Shown: positions 29,971 through 39,553 of the stretch, in pieces
How positions within the stretch are numbered: position 1 is the stretch's first letter
How the letters are laid out: every line of letters starts with the position of its first letter
Source of the DNA: Alphaproteobacteria bacterium
GTDB taxonomy: Bacteria; Pseudomonadota; Alphaproteobacteria; UBA6615
Direction of reading: 5' to 3'
NCBI GenBank assembly: GCA_018666195.1
Contig: JABJAG010000202.1
Span: 1-45,292, forward strand
DNA: 45,292 nucleotides
Translations under genes and position numbers: made by a program
Notes under the pieces: model-generated
The model's input: the letters and a program-made list of their open reading frames with translations, nothing else
The model's database searches: none
What the model was told of the DNA's origin: nothing

Positions 29971-31104
29971 ATGACCGCGAAAATCGATAACTATCTTGAG
30001 CAGAACAATCCGGCGACACCCTGTGTCGTTGTCGATCTGGAACGGGTTGAAACAAATTACAGGTCCATGACTGAACTCGCGCCCTGGGCTGAGATTTTCT
30101 ATGCCGTAAAAGCCAATCCAGCCATGCCTGTACTTTCCAGCCTGAGCGATGCCGGATGCTCTTTTGATGCGGCGAGCATTGCGGAGATTGAAGCGTGCCT
30201 CGAGGCCGGGGTTTCACCAGAACGCATTTCCTACGGCAATACGGTCAAGAAGTCGGCAGATATCGCTGCAGCCGCAGCCAAGGGGATTGGCCTTTTTGCT
30301 TTTGACAGTTTGGGTGAAGTTGAAAAACTCGCTGCCTTCGCCCCGGGGGCAAAGGTCTTCTGTCGAATCGTGGTGGCGAATGATGGCGCTCGCTGGCCGT
30401 TAACCCGAAAGTTCGGGTGCGCGCCGGATGAGGCGGCACCGTTGCTGCTTGCTGCGAAGCAGGCTGGCCTGGTGCCTGCAGGTTTGTCGTTTCACGTGGG
30501 TAGCCAGCAGACTGAATCCGAACGTTGGCTTGAGGGCATCAGTCGCTGTGCGGATTTGTTTGAACAGCTTGCTGCTGAAGGCGTCTCTCTGGAGCTCATC
30601 AATCTCGGGGGAGGCTTTCCTGTGCCGTACCGTAATGATGACGGACCAGAGCTCCATGAAGTTTTTGATTCGATTTCACGGGCTCTGAACGAGGTGTTTG
30701 ACAACAAACTTCCGCGGATTTTGATCGAGCCGGGGCGTGCGGTGGTCGCGACGGCTGGCAAGTTGCGCAGCGAAGTCATTCTGGTGACCGAACGGATCTA
30801 TGGGGGTCGGCAGCTCTGGGTCTATCTCGATGTTGGTCGTTATGGTGGTCTTGCCGAGACAGAAGGTGAAGCAATCCAGTATCGGCTTGAGTTCCAGGGA
30901 CAACCCGACGCGTTTGCGTCGGCTGTAATCGCTGGACCCACTTGTGACAGCCACGATGTTCTTTATGAAGATGCAAGCTATGATGTACCGACAGACCTGA
31001 AAGCAGGTGATCTGGTCACATTCCAGAATACCGGGGCCTATACATCCACATATGCTTCAATTGGCTTTAATGGATTTGCGCCGCTGGCCGAATATTTCGT
31101 TTGA
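29971..31104 (+). CDS. Fold-type III PLP-dependent ornithine/lysine decarboxylase
   Basis: FYAVKAN, FDAAS, KFGC, SFHVGSQ, LGGGF, EPGR, GPTCDS, GAY. Confidence 0.93.
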   Translation: MTAKIDNYLEQNNPATPCVVVDLERVETNYRSMTELAPWAEIFYAVKANPAMPVLSSLSDAGCSFDAASIAEIEACLEAGVSPERISYGNTVKKSADIAAAAAKGIGLFAFDSLGEVEKLAAFAPGAKVFCRIVVANDGARWPLTRKFGCAPDEAAPLLLAAKQAGLVPAGLSFHVGSQQTESERWLEGISRCADLFEQLAAEGVSLELINLGGGFPVPYRNDDGPELHEVFDSISRALNEVFDNKLPRILIEPGRAVVATAGKLRSEVILVTERIYGGRQLWVYLDVGRYGGLAETEGEAIQYRLEFQGQPDAFASAVIAGPTCDSHDVLYEDASYDVPTDLKAGDLVTFQNTGAYTSTYASIGFNGFAPLAEYFV

Positions 31105-31105
31105 A

Positions 31106-31576
31106 CTAGGCTTCGTCCAGATGCTGTTCGAGTTTGGCCAGAAGGTGGTCCAGTTGCGCCACTTCAGAAGGCTCCAGCCCCTCCAGTAACTGCTGCTCAT
31201 GGGCTAGGGCGATGGGCACGATCTGATCGTGGATACGTCGTCCGATTGTTGTCATGTTCAGGATCGTACGTCGGCGGTCTTCAGGGTCAGTTTTTCGGGA
31301 AATCAGGTTCTTCTTCAACAAGCTGGTTGTCGCGCGGCTCACCGTGACCTTGTCCATGGCTGTGCGTTGGCATATCCCCGTGGCCGTGTTCGCACCGAAC
31401 CGCCCCAACACAGCCATGCAGCGCCATTCTGGAACACGCAGGCCAAAGCGGTCTTCATAGTCGCGCGCGATCGCACCGCTGATTCGATTTGTGAGAATCG
31501 ACATGCGGTAGGGAACAAACTTTTCGAGAACGATATGTTTCCCGGAGCCCGAACGTGAGTGCACTGTTTTGGTCAT
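31106..31576 (-). CDS. MarR family transcriptional regulator
   Basis: PYRMSIL, PEWRCMAVL, MDKVTVSRA wHTH, DPEDRRRT. Confidence 0.92.
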   Translation of the reverse strand: MTKTVHSRSGSGKHIVLEKFVPYRMSILTNRISGAIARDYEDRFGLRVPEWRCMAVLGRFGANTATGICQRTAMDKVTVSRATTSLLKKNLISRKTDPEDRRRTILNMTTIGRRIHDQIVPIALAHEQQLLEGLEPSEVAQLDHLLAKLEQHLDEA

Positions 31577-31636
31577 GGTCGTGTCTAAAATCGGTTACAG
31601 GTGATACGCGCTGAGAACGATTTGCATTGATATTGG

Positions 31637-32299
31637 TCAATCGAGTTGATCGAGATAATCGCGCACAATTGTAAACACATCCTCAAACATCCTCGTCGTC
31701 AGTCGACCTGTGTTCGTGTTGTAGCGAGAGCAATGATAACTGTTGGCCAATAAGATTGGGCGTTGATCGGCTTTGATCTCATGCGCTGCGGCATGCGCAA
31801 ATTTAAAGGCTGATTGTGTGTACCCAAGGGTTGCCAAGGTTGCTTTGTGGGCCAGCCCCCCCAATGCAAGGACAACCTGCAGGTTGGGCATTGTATGTAG
31901 CTCGGATTTGAAAAAGGATCGGCAGGCCACAACTTCGGCTCCGACCGGTTTGTTTTGTGGTGGTACGCATCGCACGGCATTGGTGATCCGGCAGTCGATC
32001 AGTTCGACCCCATCATCAGGGGTGGCAGCGTAGGTGCCGCGTGAGAATCCAAATTTCTTGAGCGTTGGATACAGTAAGTCACCAGCGTAGTCGCCGGTAA
32101 AGGGTCTGGCCGTGCGATTGGCGCCCTTCAGTCCCGGGGCGAGTCCGACGATGAGGAGACGAGAATCGAAAGCACCAAAGCTTGGAACCGGTCCGTTGTG
32201 AAAGTCCGGAAATTTCGCCTCGTTCTGATTTCGAAACTCGGTTAGCCGCGGACAGAGCGAACAATCATGTGCTGGAGCAATGGAGGCGTTTGTGTTCAT
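31637..32299 (-). CDS. Uracil-DNA glycosylase, family 5 (UdgB-like, Fe-S)
   Basis: CSLCPRL, GLAPGLKGANRTARPFTGD, NAVRCVPP, YHCSRYNTNT. Confidence 0.93.
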   Translation of the reverse strand: MNTNASIAPAHDCSLCPRLTEFRNQNEAKFPDFHNGPVPSFGAFDSRLLIVGLAPGLKGANRTARPFTGDYAGDLLYPTLKKFGFSRGTYAATPDDGVELIDCRITNAVRCVPPQNKPVGAEVVACRSFFKSELHTMPNLQVVLALGGLAHKATLATLGYTQSAFKFAHAAAHEIKADQRPILLANSYHCSRYNTNTGRLTTRMFEDVFTIVRDYLDQLD

Positions 32300-32373
32300 G
32301 AGGCCTTGTCTTCGAAGAAGTCATCGTGATCGTAGTACTCGTCTGAACTGTCTGTAATACTAGCGCCGCGAAA
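32296..32373 (-). pseudogene. Start-less acidic ORF remnant, possibly the 3' end of a lost gene
   Basis: FRGASITDSSDEYYDHDDFFEDKAS* with its stop overlapping the udg start (ATGA); in-frame TGA at 32374-32376. Confidence 0.35.
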
Positions 32374-32472
32374 TCACGCAGCTAAATTCAATGGCGGGTT
32401 AGTTAGCTCGACCATCAGAACCTGTCCAGCCAGCCAAAATTCTGGATCTGTAGCATTTTAAACGGGGAAACC

Positions 32473-32979
32473 ATGATCCTGATCGGATTGGGCGCAAATC
32501 TTTCGAGTCCCGAATATGGTTTGCCTAAAGCGACCCTCACGGCCGCATTGGATGCGATCGCTGCGGCAGGTATTCAGATCACGGCATTGTCCCGATGGTA
32601 CTCCACCGCACCAGTGCCCGTTTCGGACCAGCCGCACTACGTCAATGTTGTTGCAGCTCTGGAAACTGACCTGGATGCGCCCGCTTTGCTGACCGCATTG
32701 CACGAGATCGAGATCGCGTTCGGGCGAGTCCGGGGAGAGAGGAATGCATCGAGAGTGATTGATATTGATTTGCTCGATTTTAACGGGCAGGAATCTGAGA
32801 ATTGGCCTCTGTTACCGCATCCGCGTATGGCTGAGCGTGCATTTGTGCTTGTACCATTGCAGGATATTGCGCCGAATTGGCAGCATCCTGTGACAGGTGT
32901 CAGGGTCGCGGAGTTGGTGACAAGGGCATCTGACCGCTCCGGCGTTCATCTTCTGAGCGCGGCGTGCGGCGGAGGCTAG
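32473..32979 (+). CDS. folK: 2-amino-4-hydroxy-6-hydroxymethyldihydropteridine diphosphokinase
   Basis: IGLGANL, QPHYVN, RVIDIDLL, LPHPRMAERAFVLVPL. Confidence 0.96.
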   Translation: MILIGLGANLSSPEYGLPKATLTAALDAIAAAGIQITALSRWYSTAPVPVSDQPHYVNVVAALETDLDAPALLTALHEIEIAFGRVRGERNASRVIDIDLLDFNGQESENWPLLPHPRMAERAFVLVPLQDIAPNWQHPVTGVRVAELVTRASDRSGVHLLSAACGGG

Positions 32980-33065
32980 AGCTTTTCATCGTGTAAATGG
33001 TTGGCATTCCGCGATTTTGCGCCTATATAGCTGCCAAATTCGAATTCCTGCCCGGAGACATCTGA

Positions 33066-33458
33066 ATGGCTCGTGTCACAGTTGAAGATTGCATTGAACG
33101 TATCCCGAACCGCTTTGATCTGGTGATGGTCGCCGGTCAGCGTGCCCGTGAAATTGCGGCAGGCGCGCCGATCACGGTTGAGCGCGACAATGACAAGAAC
33201 CCGGTGATCGCGCTGCGTGAAATTGCAGACGAGACCGTGGATATAGAAAACCTTCGGGAATCCCTGGTTTCTGGCCAGCAGAAGCATGTTGAGTTTGATC
33301 TCCCCGAAGAAGACGAGATCATCGAGTTGCTTGAATCCGAAAGCAATATTCCGGGCGTACAGCCGGATATGCCGGTTGCCGATGGCGAAGACGCTGTCGA
33401 TCCTGATATGCCGCAGATGCGCTTTGAGGATGCAGTCGACGAAAGCCCGGATAGCTGA
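33066..33458 (+). CDS. rpoZ: RNA polymerase omega subunit
   Basis: [26 protein letters not shown]; acidic C-terminal tail. Confidence 0.97.
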   Translation: MARVTVEDCIERIPNRFDLVMVAGQRAREIAAGAPITVERDNDKNPVIALREIADETVDIENLRESLVSGQQKHVEFDLPEEDEIIELLESESNIPGVQPDMPVADGEDAVDPDMPQMRFEDAVDESPDS

Positions 33459-33520
33459 CTTCGTGCTGACATGGCAGTGAATAGCTGCTGCGAATCGAAT
33501 TTTCGAGATTGCGAATGGAC

Positions 33521-33552
33521 GCCCGGGACACAATGATGTGCCCGGGCTTTTT
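33521..33552 (+). terminator. Intrinsic terminator between rpoZ and spoT
   Basis: GCCCGGGACACA-atga-TGTGCCCGGGC-TTTTT. Confidence 0.75.
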
Positions 33553-33584
33553 CGTTCACAGTGTTTCATGCCTATGATGTCCAC

Positions 33585-35768
33585 ATGATGCTCCAATCCG
33601 AACTTGTCGAAAAGGTGCGTGCGTACGATCCGAGCGCAGATGCTGAGGCGCTTGTTCGTGCCTATGAATTCGCGATGAAAGCGCATCGCGAGCAAACACG
33701 CGCTTCGGGAGACCCGTATTTCAGTCATCCGCTTGAGGTGGCGGGGATTTTGACGAATTATCGTCTCGACACAGCCTCCATCATTACAGCGTTGCTGCAT
33801 GACACGATTGAGGACACCGAGGCCACAAGCGCGGAAATTGCTGAGCTCTTTGGTGATGAGGTTGCGCAACTGGTGGATGGGGTCACAAAACTGACCCAGT
33901 TGGAATTGCAGTCCGACCGCGCCAAACAAGCCGAGAATTTCCGCAAATTGTTACTGGCCATGAGCCGGGATATTCGTGTGCTGTTGGTGAAACTGGCGGA
34001 CCGGCTGCACAACATGCGTACGTTGCATCATGTACCCAAGGAAGAACGTCGCCATCGCATCGCTCATGAGACCATGGACATTTATGCGCCGCTCGCGGAA
34101 CGGATAGGTATGCACGACATCAAGGATGAGCTTGAAGATAGGGCTTTCCGTGAGCTGTATCCTGATGCGAGGGATTCGATTTCGCGCCGTCTTCAGTTCA
34201 TGCGTTCTGAAGGTGACAGTGTCGTTGAGGCAGTCCTCGTTGAGTTGCGGGCCGTTTTTGCTGAAGCTGGTATTGGGGCTGATATAGCCGGACGAGAGAA
34301 GTCGCCCTATTCGATATGGCGGAAAATGCAACGTACGCAATCTTCGGTCGAGCAACTTTCTGACATCATAGCGTTTCGCGTTGTCGTGCCCACAGTGTCG
34401 GAATGCTATCAGGCGCTTGGTGTGGTTCATGGGCGTTATCAGGTCGTGCCAGGACGGTTCAAAGACTATCTCTCAACCCCCAAGCCCAACGGTTATCGCT
34501 CGCTTCATACCAGCGTCATTGGGTTAGCTGATCATCGGATCGAGATTCAGATTCGTACACGAGACATGCACGATGTAGCTGAACGTGGTGTTGCTGCTCA
34601 TTGGGTCTACAAGGAGACCGGGTCGGGTCCGGCTTCCAGCGCACTCCGCGAGGAAAATCGACAATATCGCTGGCTCCAGGAGTTGCTGGAGATTCTGGAA
34701 AATGCTGCAGCGCCGGAGGATTTCCTCGCGCATACGCGCCTCGAAATGTTTTCGGATCAGGTATTCTGCTTCTCACCCAAGGGCGAGGTTTATTCGCTGC
34801 CGCGCGGCTCCACGTCGATTGATTTTGCCTATGCTGTCCATACCGATATTGGCGATAAATGCGTTGGTGCGAAGGTCAATGGCCGAAACATGCCGCTCCG
34901 GACAGCGCTGCAGAACGGCGATCAGGTTGAGATTTTGATCTCGAAGAATCAAACCCCGTCACCGGATTGGGAAAAACTCGTCGTGACAGGCAAGGCAAAG
35001 GCACGGATCCGGCGCGTTTTGCGTGAACAGGAGACGCGCCAATATGTTGATCTCGGGCGGAGTATTGTAGGCAAGGCATTCGACCGGCTTGATGAGGTGC
35101 TTGAAAATGCGCCCCTGAACAAGGCGCTGCGGGAGTTCCATGCCGGTTCAACTGATGACTTGTTCGCGATGGTTGGACAGGGTGTCTATACCGGACGTGA
35201 CGTGGCCCGTGTCGTGTTCCCGGGTAAGGCGGATGGCGGCAAATCCGCAAAAAGCACGAACTCGATCTTCTCCTTGCGTCGTAAGAAACCCGCGCCGTCG
35301 GGTGGCGGTGAGCATGCTGTGCCGATCAGCGGTCTGACACCGGGAATCGCTGTTCATATGGCGAAATGTTGTTATCCGCTGCCGGGTGATCGGATCGTCG
35401 GCGTCATGACGACTGGCAAGGGAGTGACGATCCACACGATCGACTGCATGACTCTGGAAGCTTTTGCCGACAGTCCTGAGCGGTGGATCGACGTATCCTG
35501 GGATCCGGATTCTGATATCACTGGTGGCGAATTGGTCAGTCGATTGAATGTGACCCTCATGAACGAGCCCGGTAGCCTGGCTGATCTGGCAACGACCATT
35601 GCGGGCGCTCAGGGTAATATCTCCAATTTGAAATTCACCAACCGCACGGCCGATTTTTTCGACATGGTCGTTGATATCGAAGTCGCTGACGCCAAACATC
35701 TCAACGCAATAATGACGACGCTGCGGGGGCACAAATCCGTCAGCACAATCGAGCGGGCACGCAGCTGA
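33585..35768 (+). CDS. spoT: Bifunctional (p)ppGpp synthetase/hydrolase (RelA/SpoT)
   Basis: HD domain LLHDTIED, KLADRLHNMRT, KPNGYRSLHT, EIQIRT, TGS, CC and ACT domains. Confidence 0.97.
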   Translation: MMLQSELVEKVRAYDPSADAEALVRAYEFAMKAHREQTRASGDPYFSHPLEVAGILTNYRLDTASIITALLHDTIEDTEATSAEIAELFGDEVAQLVDGVTKLTQLELQSDRAKQAENFRKLLLAMSRDIRVLLVKLADRLHNMRTLHHVPKEERRHRIAHETMDIYAPLAERIGMHDIKDELEDRAFRELYPDARDSISRRLQFMRSEGDSVVEAVLVELRAVFAEAGIGADIAGREKSPYSIWRKMQRTQSSVEQLSDIIAFRVVVPTVSECYQALGVVHGRYQVVPGRFKDYLSTPKPNGYRSLHTSVIGLADHRIEIQIRTRDMHDVAERGVAAHWVYKETGSGPASSALREENRQYRWLQELLEILENAAAPEDFLAHTRLEMFSDQVFCFSPKGEVYSLPRGSTSIDFAYAVHTDIGDKCVGAKVNGRNMPLRTALQNGDQVEILISKNQTPSPDWEKLVVTGKAKARIRRVLREQETRQYVDLGRSIVGKAFDRLDEVLENAPLNKALREFHAGSTDDLFAMVGQGVYTGRDVARVVFPGKADGGKSAKSTNSIFSLRRKKPAPSGGGEHAVPISGLTPGIAVHMAKCCYPLPGDRIVGVMTTGKGVTIHTIDCMTLEAFADSPERWIDVSWDPDSDITGGELVSRLNVTLMNEPGSLADLATTIAGAQGNISNLKFTNRTADFFDMVVDIEVADAKHLNAIMTTLRGHKSVSTIERARS

Positions 35769-35840
35769 CCAGCGTACAGCTTGACCTTCTCCTTCCGAAG
35801 GCCGATTCTAAGATCGGACCCGAAATCATGAGATACTTCA

Positions 35841-36608
35841 ATGGCTTCTGAATTACGCCTCGGCGTTAATGTTGATCACGTGGCGACCATCCGCAACGCA
35901 CGGGGGGGCGGATTGCCCGATCCTGTGCGCGCAGCTCAGGCAGCCGCTGCTGCGGGTGCAGACAGCATTGTTGCGCATCTACGCGAAGACCGCCGACACA
36001 TATCTGACGATGACCTGATCCGGTTGCTGGAGGCTATTGAGATTCCTCTGACGTTGGAAATGGCTGCCACCGACGAGATGTTGGACATTGCATTACGACA
36101 TGCTCCCCATGCGGTTTGCATTGTTCCGGAACGACGCGAAGAGCGGACAACTGAGGGTGGCCTGGATGTGGTTTCAGGTCACAACCATCTCAAACGTTTC
36201 GTTGATGATCTCGGGGAACGCGGTGCCATTGTTTCGATGTTCATCGAGCCGGATCGCGCGCAACTTGATGCCTCGCATTCGATCGGTGCGCCAGCGGTGG
36301 AAATTCATGTGGGCGCCTATTGCGACGCATTGATCGCGAAAGATGCAGCCGAGGCTGACCGGCTGCTGGCCCGTATTGTTGAGGCCGCAGAATATGGAAC
36401 GCAGATCGGACTGCAAATGCATGCGGGGCACGGCATTACTTTTGACACGGTCGGTCCCGTTGCGGCGATTCCGCAGATCGAGGAACTTAACATCGGACAT
36501 TTCCTGATCGGGGAAGCCATATTTGGTGGACTGGATAGTTCGATTAAGCGCATGCGGGCACTGATGGAGCAGGCCCGAGCAGATGCGCTTGGCGAGGCGA
36601 TCGCATGA
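35841..36608 (+). CDS. pdxJ: Pyridoxine 5'-phosphate synthase
   Basis: [42 protein letters not shown]. Confidence 0.97.
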   Translation: MASELRLGVNVDHVATIRNARGGGLPDPVRAAQAAAAAGADSIVAHLREDRRHISDDDLIRLLEAIEIPLTLEMAATDEMLDIALRHAPHAVCIVPERREERTTEGGLDVVSGHNHLKRFVDDLGERGAIVSMFIEPDRAQLDASHSIGAPAVEIHVGAYCDALIAKDAAEADRLLARIVEAAEYGTQIGLQMHAGHGITFDTVGPVAAIPQIEELNIGHFLIGEAIFGGLDSSIKRMRALMEQARADALGEAIA

Positions 36609-37057
36609 GTGAAGACAATCCTGTGAAACCAGGTTTGCCGATGTATCCGATGATCATCGGGTTGGGGAGCGATCTGATTGATATCACCCGAGTTGCGCGA
36701 ACTCTGGAGCGGTTCGGGGAGCGTTTTACAGCCCGATGTTTTACCGATATCGAGCGCGTTAAATCTGATCGCCGTAGGAATCGCGCGGACAGCTATGCGA
36801 AACGATATGCTGCCAAAGAGGCTTGCTCGAAAGCACTTGGGACAGGGTTTCGCAAAGGTGTGTTCTGGCGTGATATGGGGGTCATTAATTTGCCCACCGG
36901 CAAACCTACGATGCATTTGACGAACGGAGCGGCAGCACGCCTTGCTGAAATCACCCCGCCGGGAATGAAACCGCTGATAGAACTTTCACTCACTGACGAA
37001 CCCCCACTTGCACAGGCAATTGTTATTATCTCGGCAATTCCCGATATCGCGAACTGA
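36605..37057 (+). CDS. acpS: Holo-ACP synthase
   Basis: [37 protein letters not shown]; alternative start 36650. Confidence 0.96.
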   Translation: MSEDNPVKPGLPMYPMIIGLGSDLIDITRVARTLERFGERFTARCFTDIERVKSDRRRNRADSYAKRYAAKEACSKALGTGFRKGVFWRDMGVINLPTGKPTMHLTNGAAARLAEITPPGMKPLIELSLTDEPPLAQAIVIISAIPDIAN

Positions 37058-37161
37058 TCCGAACACCAAAATAGCAGCGCACCATTCGAAACTGGTGCGC
37101 GAGTTGAGACGCGGTTAGAAATCGCGGATATGACGACGCATGAACCGACAAAGGCCGAAGA

Positions 37162-37908
37162 ATGGCGAAAGATCGAAAGAAGAAGAAAGAGGGTGGCGCG
37201 TTCGAGACGGCGCGCACGATCATCTATGCACTGTTGATCGCCGGGGTGGTGCGCACGTTCCTCTTCCAGCCGTTTAACATCCCTTCGGGCTCGATGATTC
37301 CGACTCTGCTGGTCGGCGATTACCTGTTCGTTTCGAAATTTTCCTACGGATATAGCCGATATTCGATGCCCTTTGGGCTGGGCTTCTTTTCTGGTCGTAT
37401 TTTCGGTGGTGCTCCTGAGCGTGGTGACGTCGCTGTGTTTCGGCATCCGCCAACCAATCGAGATGATTTCATCAAACGTATTGTGGGCGTGCCTGGGGAT
37501 CGTATCCAGATGGTCAACGGACGATTGCACCTGAATGGTCGCGTGCTGGTGCGTCAGCGAATTGAAGACCACGTCTCTCGTGATTTTCGGGGCAGTGTCC
37601 GACGTGTGCCGCAGTATGCCGAGACCTTGCCGGGTGGAAAGACCTACACGATCCGTGAAGGGCAGGCCGATCGCGGCCCCGCAGACAACACGCGAGAGTT
37701 TGTTGTTCCGGATAACCACTTCTTCGCGATGGGTGATAACCGTGATGACAGCAACGACAGCCGCAGTTGGGGATTCGTCCCGGCGCAAAATTTCGTCGGA
37801 CGTGCCGAGCTTATCTTCTTTTCGACAGACGGGACGGCAGGGTGGTTGAAACCTTGGCGGTGGGTTCAGGCTGCACGCATCGACCGTCTTTTCGATTCCA
37901 TTGATTGA
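37162..37908 (+). CDS. lepB: Signal peptidase I
   Basis: IPSGSMIPTL, DFIKRIVG, MGDNRDDSNDSR. Confidence 0.97.
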   Translation: MAKDRKKKKEGGAFETARTIIYALLIAGVVRTFLFQPFNIPSGSMIPTLLVGDYLFVSKFSYGYSRYSMPFGLGFFSGRIFGGAPERGDVAVFRHPPTNRDDFIKRIVGVPGDRIQMVNGRLHLNGRVLVRQRIEDHVSRDFRGSVRRVPQYAETLPGGKTYTIREGQADRGPADNTREFVVPDNHFFAMGDNRDDSNDSRSWGFVPAQNFVGRAELIFFSTDGTAGWLKPWRWVQAARIDRLFDSID

Positions 37909-38576
37909 TGGCAAACGGCGAAGCCATCGAGGAATTGTTTGGTGCCCTCGGCCATCGGTTCAATGATCGAGGTTTGTTGATCCGTGCTCTGAGCCATTCG
38001 AGTGTTGCGAATGCAAATTCCTATGAACGGCTTGAGTTTCTCGGCGACAGGGTGCTGGGACTTGTGGTCGCCCAATTGCTGTTAGAACGATTTCCTGCAG
38101 AAAACGAAGGCGAGATAGGTCGAAGATTTGCTGCACTTGTGCAAGCCAGCACTCTGGCGCAGGTTGGTGCCGAACTTGGCGTGGAACGTTTTGCCCGGGT
38201 TTCACCGGGTGTACTCAACGAAAACATTGTTGCCGATATGGTAGAGGCACTGATCGCAGCGCTTTATCTCGACGGTGGTATGGACAGGGCTGAGGCCTTT
38301 GTTCGAAAACTCTGGGACCCGCTGGTCGAAACGCGATCACGTCCACCCCGGGACCCCAAAACAGCGTTACAGGAATGGGCACAGTCTCAGGGTCAGGGGT
38401 TGCCGATTTATCGAGATATCAGCCGAAGTGGACCTGATCACCAACCGGAGTTTACCGTGGAAGTTAGCATTCAGGATCAAGAGGCTGCCCGCGCAGTGGG
38501 GCCAAGCAAGCGAGCAGCCGAACAAGATGCAGCAGCGGCGATGCTTACCCGATTGGGAGTTAAACAGGATGCCTGA
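37908..38576 (+). CDS. rnc: Ribonuclease III
   Basis: ERLEFLGD signature, ADMVEA, dsRBD DPKTALQEW. Confidence 0.97.
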   Translation: MANGEAIEELFGALGHRFNDRGLLIRALSHSSVANANSYERLEFLGDRVLGLVVAQLLLERFPAENEGEIGRRFAALVQASTLAQVGAELGVERFARVSPGVLNENIVADMVEALIAALYLDGGMDRAEAFVRKLWDPLVETRSRPPRDPKTALQEWAQSQGQGLPIYRDISRSGPDHQPEFTVEVSIQDQEAARAVGPSKRAAEQDAAAAMLTRLGVKQDA

Positions 38577-39471
38577 CGGGCAAACTCATTGTGGAATTGT
38601 CTCGGTGCTGGGCGCGCCGAACGCGGGTAAATCGACTCTCGTCAATCGTTTGGTCGGAGCGAAAGTCTCGATTGTCTCTCCGAAGGTTCAGACCACACGC
38701 ATTCGCGTCCGTGGGGTTGCGCTGCATGAGAACACTCAGATCGTTTATGTCGATACACCGGGGATATTCGCGCCCAAACGCCGCCTTGATCGCGCGATGG
38801 TAGATGCGGCCTGGGGAGGGGCTGCGGATGCGGATGCGATAGTCCTGCTAGTTGATGCCAAACGCGGGATTGACGCGGATGTGCGTCGCATTGTCGAAGG
38901 GCTGAACAAACGCGAATCCGCAGTGACACTGGTTCTCAACAAGGTGGATAGCATCCGCCGCGAAGAGTTGCTGGCCCTGTCGGAAGAACTGAACGGTATG
39001 GCCAGGTTCGAGCGGACTTTCATGATCTCGGCTCTGAATGGCAGTGGTGTGAGTGATCTTGAGGAAGTGTTGAGCGCACGTATGCCCATTGGCCCATGGT
39101 TGTTCCCCGAAGATGAGATTTCCGATCTTCCTCAGCGATTGCTGGCGGCGGAACTGACGCGCGAAAAGGCCTATCTGTATCTGCATCAGGAGCTTCCCTA
39201 CGCCTTGGCCGTTGGAACGGAAAGCTGGGAAGATTTTGACAATGGTAGTGTGCGGATTGAACAGGCAATCACCGTCGCACGGGAATCCCACAAGGGTATT
39301 GTCGTTGGGAAGGGTGGTCAGATGATCCGTCGTATCCGGGCTGAAGCACAGGAAGAACTCGCGGAATTGATTGGTCGACCGGTCCATTTATTTGTGCGCG
39401 TGAAAGTTCGTGAAAAATGGGCTGATGACCCAGGACATTTCCGAGAGTGGGGCCTGCGTTTCGACGCCTAG
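38569..39471 (+). CDS. era: GTPase Era
   Basis: GAPNAGKST, QTTR, DTPG, NKVD, KH domain VGKGG; start ATG 38569 overlapping the rnc end. Confidence 0.97.
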   Translation: MPDGQTHCGIVSVLGAPNAGKSTLVNRLVGAKVSIVSPKVQTTRIRVRGVALHENTQIVYVDTPGIFAPKRRLDRAMVDAAWGGAADADAIVLLVDAKRGIDADVRRIVEGLNKRESAVTLVLNKVDSIRREELLALSEELNGMARFERTFMISALNGSGVSDLEEVLSARMPIGPWLFPEDEISDLPQRLLAAELTREKAYLYLHQELPYALAVGTESWEDFDNGSVRIEQAITVARESHKGIVVGKGGQMIRRIRAEAQEELAELIGRPVHLFVRVKVREKWADDPGHFREWGLRFDA

Positions 39472-39553
39472 TCCTGTTCGGGGCTGCTTCGGATTGCTCC
39501 GACGCGGCCGATTGTGTTCCATGAACAGACAATCAGCCATCGAGTGAAATCCA

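Noticed and set aside
37077-37100. 8-bp hairpin GCGCACCA/TGGTGCGC upstream of lepB as an RNase III autoregulatory site
   Set aside because: Too short for a typical RNase III substrate and has no U-tract
32976-37914. Antisense ORFs of 317 aa (rpoZ/spoT) and 373 aa (acpS/lepB)
   Set aside because: They span several real genes on the opposite strand and have non-protein-like composition
38275-38568. Apparent 98-aa N-terminal extension of Era (similar extensions on AccC, CDF, phasin, ClpS and AroQ)
   Set aside because: ORF-caller artefacts from upstream alternative starts; homology begins at downstream starts
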